Part shown: piece after piece, positions 43,334-52,700 of the stretch | How positions within the stretch are numbered: the stretch's first letter is position 1 | Layout of the letters: every line of letters starts with the position of its first letter | Assembly (NCBI GenBank): GCA_000002445.1 | Contig: CP000069.1 | Location: 768,001 to 832,000 of the forward strand | Length of the DNA: 64,000 nt | Direction: 5' to 3' | Source: Trypanosoma brucei | Taxonomy: Eukaryota | The notes under the pieces: generated by a model | Told to the model about the DNA's origin: nothing | The model's database searches: none | What the model saw: only the letters and a program-made list of their open reading frames with translations | Made by a program: the position numbers and the translations under genes

Positions 43334-44990
43334 ACTCGCAGATATGTTATATCTTTTCACGCCACTGAAACCAATACACCAATAACCAAAGAGCGCGTGT
43401 CGTGAAAGGGGAATCTGGGTGCAACAAGGGATAAAATCTAATGAAAGTGCGACGGAGATTTCATATTGTGGTGGTGACGGTGTTTGGAGATAAGTTTGTT
43501 ATTTCACTTTCTGATCTCTAATTTGTCTCTTCCCCCGCTCTGCCCTCACATTTTCTCCTTTCCTTCGTTTTGCATCTGTGAGTGCGAAAGGGGATGGGGG
43601 CTTGCGAAGTCGCCTTTCTTTTATGATTTCTCTAGTTATGGTGCGGTAACTGAAATAATAATGCAACGAGATGCAAAAATGCTTCAGTCACGCTAATGAT
43701 TTTTCTGCTGATGAAAAAATTTTTACACTGCGGTGCACCTTTTTTTTAAAAAAAGAAAAGAATCTTTTTCTGTCACCACAAGCTATGAAGGAAGCAAGAG
43801 GCGGGTAGAGAAGTACCTTCCTTTAGTTGCGGTGTGGGGTAGATTTGTGAGCGCAACTTTTTACTTGCGTGTTTTTTGTTATGCGGTGTTTATTCGTTTT
43901 CGTGTATGGTTTTCTCTATATGCCGCTCCCACTTTGATTGAATTTTTTAATTCTTTTTGTATTCATCCCTCTTGTTTGTGCGCGTGTGGTGCCCTGTTAA
44001 GAAAAAAAGACAGATAAGAAGAATATTTTGTTCTGCTCATGCCGGTGGTTGTCACTTCCGAGAATTAAAACAATATATTAATATATTATAGTAATAACAA
44101 TAATGTTAATAATAAAAATGCATTTCTTCTTTTTCCTTGTTTTCTCTTTGTGCCAGGTATTTAGTTGGTAACATCATGCTCAGTTTATACTTATACGCGC
44201 AATATTTTGTTTAATGCATGCATAAGAATGTACTGTGAATCATTGTGCATCTCTTTTTCCATGGTAGAGGCAGTGGGTGGAGTTGAGCCAGCATGCGCCA
44301 GAAGCGCAATTCCCTTACATCCACAGAACAGGAAACACAATGTTAAATGGAGCAGTTCGGAAGAGTTCATGCGAGTTCAAGGAAGGCCCAGTTGTGTATT
44401 TGACTATGGGTTTAAAATTAAAAAAAAAAGAAATGTGGAAGGGAAAAAATATATGATATGACGGGTTTCTCCTAAATATACGTGCTTGTTCAGCCAATAA
44501 CGTTTATGTGTACGTGTATGCATTTATGTTTTTTTGTTCTACATTAGCTGTGTGCATTTGTTTCATTCACAATAGTACGGCTTCCCAACTTTCTCCGATT
44601 TTTTCAGTTACTTTCACTCGGTTTTTCCTCTTCACTTCTTTTTTTTCCTAATGATTATATATTGTCTATGTTTTCACGTTTGCTAACCACACAGTAGGCT
44701 TGTAGTAGGAGGGATTGGGGAAGGTTGAAAATTTACCCACAAAATTGAGAAAGAACAAATACATTTGTGACTTGTCTTCGCCGATTTCCGTTCTGTAACC
44801 GGTGTGTTGTTTGGATTATTTTGCGTTTGTGCGCTCCTTCTTGATTTGTTTGGTTGAGTGTTGAACAGCAGTTTAGTGGGAAGGGGCGGGCTGAGCAGTG
44901 CAATAACAGCGGCACGAATAAGGAATCATAATACTAATAATTACAATACTGATAACATTAATCACAGTAAACGAGGTGCAGTGATCTGAG

Positions 44991-47276
44991 ATGTCAGTTA
45001 CCGTTGAAGGTGCTCATGTGGAATGCCTGATATGTGCCTCACCATGTGAAGCGTTGGTGTTGTTTCAGTGCGGCCATTACGTCTGTTATATTTGTGGTCT
45101 GCACATTCACTCACTGGATAACGGCGGTTGCCCAATGTGCAGGGAATGCGGACCCGTTCTTGTCACACGCGATATCCCCGGTGGACTTAACCCCGGTCAA
45201 GATAAGGTGAGTGCGGAGGTTATCCGTCAGTTGACCGACGAATCGATAGTTGATAGTGTCCTTCAGTGCAAAGTGCATGGTAGGGTGTTAGCGCAAGAGT
45301 TGAAAAAGTTATACGAGTTTGTCTGCCCTGTTCCCAAGTGTTGGCGCAGAGGTGAACAGGAACCTTTTTGCGAACAACATCATTTACATGCGCACTTGAA
45401 ATATGACCATGAAGTAAGCTATTGCCCTATTTGCCTCCAACATCGCTCTGTATTCCTTGCTGAGCAGATGGTTTACTCCCCCGAGGCACTTTGTTTACAC
45501 ATGGTGGGGGAATACGAACACGATCCGGCATCATTTCTTGGTCACCCGCCTTGCCGCTTTTGCAAAGGCATGCATATGTACGATGAGGACCATTTACTAA
45601 AACACATGCGGGAAAGACACTTCACGTGTGATATTTGTAACCGTGGAGAATTTCGCTTTACTTATTACGAGAACCGTGGAAAGCTGCTGATGCACTTTAA
45701 GCAAGCGCACAAAATATGCGATCATAAGCAGTGCTCCGAACTTGACCCAATGATGCGGGTGTTTGCCTCAGATTTGGACCTCGCTGTGCATAAGCAGCGC
45801 GTGCATGGAATTCGCTCGCGCCTTACCATGTCTCCTGGCGCAGGTCCGGATAGTGTCCCAGTAAATCCTGCGGTTCCGGCAACTGGAACTAACGCAAATG
45901 CTGTTCACATTATTTTTGACCACATAAATAGGCAAGAAACCTTGACGTTGGTCCCATCTAGGGAAGAGGAAAGTAAAAATCAGAGGCGGTCTTTCGGTGG
46001 CAGTGGTAAAAACAAGAAGGGCAGGAAAATTTTTGTTGATATTGCTCCACATAACGTTACAGGGCTTCCTCAACACTTTAGGTCAAAAAATATTCTTGCA
46101 CCGATTCTATACAGGGGTACGGAGGGGACATCTTCAGATGAACAACGTGAAACATCTGTGAGTGGCCAAGTGACGCAGTTGCTGACAAGAGCATTCGGTG
46201 TCACGGAGAGTGAAGAAACGTACAACAACAAAAACAATGTACCGTTAAATCCTGAGGAGCAGAAGCGTAAACTTACCGATGCCATTCAGGAAGAATTGAA
46301 AGACCAGCGTCGGATAACGCAGCTTCACTGCTGCACCGCTGACTTCATCGATGGGAAAATGCTCACAACGGAGTATTACAACCAACTTCGGACTCAATTC
46401 TTTATAACAGATGAGTCCTTTAAGGCCGTATTTCCACTCCTGGTCGCAACAATGCCGGTAACTGACAAGCGGGATGCGTTGATTCACGTCGATAAGATGC
46501 GAAATGCTCCCGAAATGAGGCAGGCTCGTCGGGCCCGAGAAGAGATGAAGAAAGAGGAAACGGAGGAAGAGCAAGTGAATAAGCAGAAAAATATAGGGCG
46601 CAACAATCAACAGTGGCCCAACCGTCCTGGCAACAAGAACAATAACAACAATAGGAATAAAAAGGGGCCGCCGAACGTATGGATGGAGAGGGCCAAGCGA
46701 GCTGAGGCTGACGCGCAGAATAACAGGTCTCTAGCGGCTAGTAGCGCTGCCGCACTTGTTTCCGGTGTCGGTAATGCAAGTAACAACAACAACAATAATA
46801 ATAATAATAACAATAATGATACTTCTATTACTTCTTCTTCTCAAGAGGTCGTTTCTCTCATTGCGGGGTCAACGTGGGGAGCTGCTCGTCAGCAGCGAGG
46901 TGGGGCCCCGGGGCGTCAGGCGACTGAAGCGCCCGCTCGACCATCATCAGGAGGTGCCTTCATTAATGCCGAGGATTTTCCGGCACTTCCTACAGTAGCG
47001 ACCCGCAGGGTTCCCCCAAGTGTGCGAACAAAGCGGAGCAACCAGCTGAATGCGTGGCACCTCCCGATCGTAGAGAAGTGCGGTGCAGTTTCCATCGCTT
47101 TTCCCTTTTTCTCTTTTTTCCCCCTTTTTACTATCGTGCACATGTTGAGCAACTACGGGTATTTTGGAAAGGAGTTACTGTGGTTTGCAGAGGGCTCGAA
47201 AACCGTGCTACTGTTCATTTGTCTTTGGTCCTCTTTTTACGCACTTTCAGTCAATTGTTTGTTGCTTTCAGCATGA
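44991..47276 (+). CDS. ZNF598/Hel2-like E3 ubiquitin ligase: N-terminal RING plus multiple C2H2 zinc fingers, with poly-Asn tracts
   Basis: ATG ORF of 761 aa. The RING is CLICASPCEALVLFQCGHYVCYICGLHIHSLDNGGCPMC. C2H2-type fingers follow: YCPICLQHRS...H; CRFCKGMHMYDEDHLLKHMRERH; FTCDICNRGEFRFTYYENRGKLLMHFKQAH; CDHKQCS...HKQRVH. (AAC/AAT)n tracts encode N5 and N13 runs. The last roughly 75 aa are hydrophobic and pyrimidine-tract-derived, so they are suspect. Confidence 0.7.
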   Translation: MSVTVEGAHVECLICASPCEALVLFQCGHYVCYICGLHIHSLDNGGCPMCRECGPVLVTRDIPGGLNPGQDKVSAEVIRQLTDESIVDSVLQCKVHGRVLAQELKKLYEFVCPVPKCWRRGEQEPFCEQHHLHAHLKYDHEVSYCPICLQHRSVFLAEQMVYSPEALCLHMVGEYEHDPASFLGHPPCRFCKGMHMYDEDHLLKHMRERHFTCDICNRGEFRFTYYENRGKLLMHFKQAHKICDHKQCSELDPMMRVFASDLDLAVHKQRVHGIRSRLTMSPGAGPDSVPVNPAVPATGTNANAVHIIFDHINRQETLTLVPSREEESKNQRRSFGGSGKNKKGRKIFVDIAPHNVTGLPQHFRSKNILAPILYRGTEGTSSDEQRETSVSGQVTQLLTRAFGVTESEETYNNKNNVPLNPEEQKRKLTDAIQEELKDQRRITQLHCCTADFIDGKMLTTEYYNQLRTQFFITDESFKAVFPLLVATMPVTDKRDALIHVDKMRNAPEMRQARRAREEMKKEETEEEQVNKQKNIGRNNQQWPNRPGNKNNNNNRNKKGPPNVWMERAKRAEADAQNNRSLAASSAAALVSGVGNASNNNNNNNNNNNNDTSITSSSQEVVSLIAGSTWGAARQQRGGAPGRQATEAPARPSSGGAFINAEDFPALPTVATRRVPPSVRTKRSNQLNAWHLPIVEKCGAVSIAFPFFSFFPLFTIVHMLSNYGYFGKELLWFAEGSKTVLLFICLWSSFYALSVNCLLLSA

Positions 47277-47952
47277 CTTGAGGGAAATGGGACGAGAAGC
47301 GGATTACGTCGTAGCATGAGGAAGAAATAGATGTGGATGGGAGTGTTATGAAAGGAATCAGTAAGGAAAACAAAAGCAGAACAACAACAAATAGGGTAAA
47401 AAGAGATGATGAAAACGAGGAAATGGATGCATGCGAGTGAGTGAATGCGCGTCCGCGTGCCGAAGGGAAAGTACTTCTTTAGAGGGAAGTTCTCTCTTCG
47501 GTTTAATCTTCATTTTGCCTCGACATTGGTTTACGTGCACATTATGGGAAGCCTTTGCATATACCCTGGACAGTGTTCCCCACTCCGCACACAATCTGAT
47601 TTTCTACTGCTGCTACAGCTTCTTCTTATGTTCAGTAGTGCACCCCCTGATTTTTTTTTATGCATGTCACCTTTTCTTTGTTCGCCAACTGGAGGGTATA
47701 TTGTTCCCAACACCTGCTGTGAAGTTTCTATTTCTCTTTCGAAAACACACCTCTTTATTTATTTTTAACTGTTACCACCATTGTGTTAATGCTGCTTCTA
47801 CATGTTTGACTTACCTTTCGGTTTCTCCTCTGCTTATTCTTTATTTGTATGCGAACCTCATAAAAGGGAACGGTGGCGCCGGGAAGCTGCGGCACAAACA
47901 AAACATCGAATAGCTAAAAATAAAAACAAGCGACGAGTTTAGAGAATTAAAT

Positions 47953-49032
47953 ATGCCGCACTCCATGGACACCACACTCTTCAGCGATGAAAATCGCATT
48001 GATCGCGGTGATTCCCTTCTTTTCCATTGCGTGCAGCTCTCGCAGGGTGGGACGGACTCACATCGCTATTTCTTTGGGTGTTATTTCCCGCGCTGGCGTG
48101 GCTTCTACATGGATGAGGCGCGTGAACTTCCTGGCCCGCTTGGTTATAATGTCACGCGGCACTTCCCCGCTTTCCCTTTTGATGTGTATTTGAAGGATGA
48201 TGGGGAACACTTTCTCACTGATGACTTCCAGATAGGCTCCATCTTTACTCTTGGTGGTCCCTTAAATCAGCGTGATGATGGGCAGAAACGCTACAAAGTG
48301 GTGCACTGCGATGACAGCCAATTACGCACACGCACTGGGAAGACACTTGCATTCATTGGAAATAATGTATCAGGTTTACTCCAACAGACACACCGAGTGT
48401 CAGGGGAGGCGATTGATGCGTTGAAACGCATCAGAGAGGCGTATATTTTCAATGTCGGAAACGGGATCCCAGAGGTAGGCATTAAAGCTATGGGAAGGCA
48501 CTTCCGTAAGGTGGGAAGTGATGGAAGGCGGTGGATGTCATATGAAGGTATTGTGAGGTTCGTAAAGGATTCACGTAATTTCAATGCAACACTTTCTTTT
48601 TCTGATACACAGCGAACGGAAGAGGATGTAAATACCGTTGCAACATGTATTTATAACGCATTCCCCAAAAACGAAGAAGAATGTATTGACTATGACTTCT
48701 TTATGGATTACGTTCGCGGTCCAATGAGCCAGGAGCGGAAAGATGCTGTGTGGAATATATTCCGTCGGATGGACTATGACAGGGACGGAAACTTAAACAT
48801 CATAGACATCCAAGCCTGCTACAATACGCAGGACCATCCGACTTGTTCCGTAGATCATCTGTTTCAGTCAGATAAAATGCTGAAGGGGTTTCTGACTATC
48901 TGGGATGAAAATGAGCGATGCGGTTTGGTTCCTTATGCAGAGTTTTTAGACTACTACAACGGTGTGAGTGCTGTACTCGAGGACGATAAAGTTTTTTTCG
49001 ACGTTCTCAATAATCAATGGAAACTTTTGTAA
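47953..49032 (+). CDS. Calcyphosin (CAPS)-like EF-hand calcium-binding protein with an N-terminal extension of about 140 aa
   Basis: The C-terminal half of this 359 aa ORF is collinear with human calcyphosin. [37 protein letters not shown] aligns with [71 protein letters not shown] aligns with [33 protein letters not shown]. An EF-hand loop DYDRDGNLN is present. Confidence 0.75.
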   Translation: [359 protein letters not shown]

Positions 49033-49239
49033 GGTGACATTTTGAGAAGAGAAGAGAAGAAGTGATGCATGCAGGTGTGTGCGTTTCAAATTGCCCATGT
49101 TGTTCCCTTCTTTTTCCTTACACAAGATTCCTCTCTTGCACATGCATTTGTGTACACGTCGGGTGTTATGTACAAGAGGATTGTGCGGCCTGTTAGGAGT
49201 AGCCTCATATAAATGTTATTGTTGAATCTTATGGTCGTT

Positions 49240-49345
49240 TTACTTCATCTTTACTCCCTTTTCCCCTCTTTTTCCCTCCTTACTTTCTTTCGAATTGTGA
49301 TTTTCATCCCTTTGATCTTTCTTTTTTTTTTCCCCCTCCTTTGTA
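49240..49345 (+). promoter_or_regulatory. Extended polypyrimidine tract upstream of the large 49710 gene
   Basis: CTTTACTCCCTTTTCCCCTCTTTTTCCCTCCTTACTTTCTTTCG...TCTTTCTTTTTTTTTTCCCCCTCCTTTG. This is a CT-rich run of about 100 nt. Confidence 0.4.
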
Positions 49346-49623
49346 AACGAAAAATGGTTAAGGTGTATGGAAAGGTGTCCAATGCGAGGGGTTGTGACAA
49401 CGAAGAAAGGAAAACAACACATGAGGGAGGGAATATCATCATTTTGGAGGTGAAGGCACTTGTGCTCTTCTTGTTACGTTTAGATAGTAAATTTTGCAGC
49501 TCCAACATTTTGGTTTTTCTTATTTATGTGAAATGATGTGTTACCGGTCTCTACAAAAAGTTTTCACATTCATTTTCTTCCACTGGTTTCTGTTTAATAC
49601 CGAAGCTTCCCCCCTCCGTGCTT

Positions 49624-49643
49624 TATATATATATATATATATA
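49624..49643. repeat. (TA)10 microsatellite in the 5' leader of the 49710 gene
   Basis: TATATATATATATATATATA, read directly. Confidence 0.9.
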
Positions 49644-49709
49644 GATATTTATTCAACCGCACGTGACGCTGACGTTCACCTCATAGTACATAGTTTAGAT
49701 CTGATCATT

Positions 49710-52700
49710 ATGGCAGGGCGGCTCTTCACTGCTGTCCCTCGTCACACAGCAGATCCCACTAACAGTGATTGGCTGCAAGCTTGCTATTTCGTTGTTCTTG
49801 AGCACCCCCTCGTTTGCATTGATGCTACATTACGAGGTAGAATCACTCCATTAACAGAGCAATTTCTGCGGAGCGCGGAGGGGGTGTCGGAACCCTCCGA
49901 CGATGCCACCAATCTAAAAGAAGAGCACGTCAATGGAACAGGTGGAAGCAGTGTAAAGGAAATGCGATTTGTAGTTATAACGGTAGATAACGTATCGGGG
50001 CAACTCCTCCACACAGGCGTTCCGGGAAAGGACTTGTTTATGTCGATGCGGGAGGCGGTTAGTGCGATTCCTGCACTTTGTCCGAGCACGCCGGAACAGT
50101 ATGAGGTGTTTACTATCCTTGAATTTGTTGCTTTTGCGGGGGCGTGTTTGACAGAGGATAGGTTATACATGCTGTTCGTTGAAACCGGACGTTTGCTAAC
50201 TGATGATAAGTCGTGCATTGTTACAGATTCGGGAAGCAAACCGCAACGAGTTTTGCCCGTTATTTCTGTCGAGAGAGCACGATGGTACACTGTTCCTCTA
50301 AGGGTGGCAGTTCCCGCACTTCAGCAACCGCTGGGAGGCGAGGATTTGCAATCGTGGGTATTGGGGCCTTCTGGAGGTCTAAGAGATGACTCTGCGATGG
50401 CCATGTCGTCTTCATTCAGGCAGTCATACTTATTCTTTACCCCGGGTATTGATGTTTCACACTGTAGCATATTTGAAGAGGCAACGCGTGTTTGTGGTGC
50501 CTGTAGCGATGAAGAAAATGGTGACGTTGGTAATAGTTCTCCGAACGTTTGCCCGGGGGGTCTGGATGGCTCGACTGACAGTTCTGCTTTAGCCGCCAGG
50601 GTTATGAGTTTCCTTCCATTGCCACCTCCCAGTACGGGTCGGGAGGCGCTTGGGCGCTGCGATTGCCTGTGGAACGAGGAACTGATCGCCTTCTGCGATA
50701 TCTTTGGGCTCGCCGATTGTTGCTGCCGCCTAGCTCTTGGATCTTTTAACGCCTCCACATTAGTGGTTCCGCAAACAGCTCCACATGTGGCTCTCCTTCT
50801 TGTGCGGTTGAGCAGACTTGCGCTACCTGGTTGCTTCAATGATTGTTCTGGTAAATCCGCTAAAACTGCTTTCCAAATGCGGGAGTACACTTCAGCACAT
50901 GAAGCAGAGTTTCAGTTGCTGTTACTACCAGATATGAAGTTGCATGACTCCAAAGTTGATGATAATCTTGTTAATTCTCTTCCCTCATTGATATGGCGAC
51001 GTGGTGGTGACTTTGCTGGTCACGAGGATATTATTCAACAAAAACAACGCATTGATTTCTGTACGGCGAGGGGAATGGATCCTCTCCCCATAGGGGAAGA
51101 CTATGTTGCCGCCATTTTCTCCAGTTATCAGCAACGCTACGGGATGGGGACGAAAATTGCCCTAATGCATGCAGGGTGTTGGGCATTGATAGGGTCGGCC
51201 CCTCCACACAATACAACCAAGGGTGGTGCTGCCGTAAATACAAGCGTGAACGGCTCGCGTGAGTCATCGAAACGACGGACCGACAGTCAAAGGGGGTTAA
51301 CACCAGCATCATGCTATAGCGTTTACGCGTCCGAAACACATCACTGTGATGCGATAACCAACGAGTTGCAAGGAAGATTACAGTCACTAGCTTCGCACAT
51401 CAAATCCCATAGCCTTCGTCCTGCCGTTTTCGTTGGCGCGATCAATTCGTGGGCTACTTGTCTTCATTGTGTGCCTGAAAAAGGTAGTGCTGTTGATGCT
51501 CTGTGGAGCAGAGAGTGTATTCGTAGTTACAATGGTATTTCCTGTGGAGGGACGACAGCGGGGTCTTCGGGAGTACCGGGACCCATTATACCACGTATTT
51601 GTGTGAGCAATAGTGGTGAAGTTAGTGCAGCGGCATCTGCCGTTGTTTCACTGATCCTAGTTACTGTGTGGTTGTTCAATCAGTTTTTTGAAAGTCAACC
51701 AAATGCGAAATTGCTTCAGAGACACAAATTATTGACAAGAAAAATCATGGATTTAGTGGTCAATTCAGCCGCTGGCTTGAAGCAAGTGGGGGATTCGTGT
51801 GGCCACGAGGAAATGATTACTTTATTACGCGAATGTCTTTTTCAGGTTGTTGGCGCGGTACCTGTGTCGTGTACTCTTACTATTTGGGAGACAGCGCGGA
51901 ACATGGTTTTTCTCTACCGCGCGAATGGAGACCGTAGTTCTCCCAGCGATTTTACTAGCACAAAGAAGGGAATATTTCGTCCTTCAGTTGTTTCGCGTAG
52001 AGTAATACTAAACAATCCCTTTCACTCGTTTATCATGAACTTATTTCCTCCTGCCGGTGGGTTCTATCAGCGTGAATTCGCCAGACACCGGACGCGCCTC
52101 TTGACACACGTGGCAGGACAATCCTACATTATCGGTGCCCAGTTCATGTTTCACACAGCTGAGTCAGACACTTCCTCTAGAGTAGTCAGTGAAGCGAACG
52201 CGGACTGGGGTGGAAATGAGCGCACTACTTTTGCTTCAAGGCAGCGATACTTGTCTAATCCGCCACTATCTGATGATGATGAAGCAACTAGCAGTTACTC
52301 TACAAATACTGGCGGAGTACCTACGCCAACCTTACGTATGCTTCAAGGTCTTGTTCATCCTTTATCGCAACCTCTACTAGTACCGTTGCGTATTGCAGCT
52401 GTGGAACTCACCATCGCATTACCGACGGTATCATACATTACGCATGTGGCGATTCGAGTCGCAGATGCTTTGCAGCGGGAACCTTTTGCAGGGGCGTTGA
52501 CACTATCCCTGCATTCCTCCTGTTATGTTGGACAGGAGCACGAACGCCTCGTCTTGGACGATGTTCCACTCCCGTTGTGCAGGGGTAGTAATGCCTCAGC
52601 GCACGCAGGACCTCATCTGATTTTCTATGAACTACCTCGTCCGAGCTGTGAATCAGTGCCCTTCTCCGTGCTGAATGAGGCTCGCGTAGTTGCGGATGGA

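Noticed and set aside
43700-43745. TGATGA at 43709 with a nearby CTGA
   Set aside because: The CTGA lies upstream of the TGATGA, so the C/D order is wrong for + strand. The reverse strand gives no box C. Rejected as a snoRNA.
43484-44461. Small + strand ORFs of 70-98 aa between SmE and the ZNF598-like gene (43484-43696, 43733-44017, 44165-44461)
   Set aside because: They are short, have no motifs, and show biased low-complexity composition. They are more likely UTR or spacer. Conservation data would be needed to call them.
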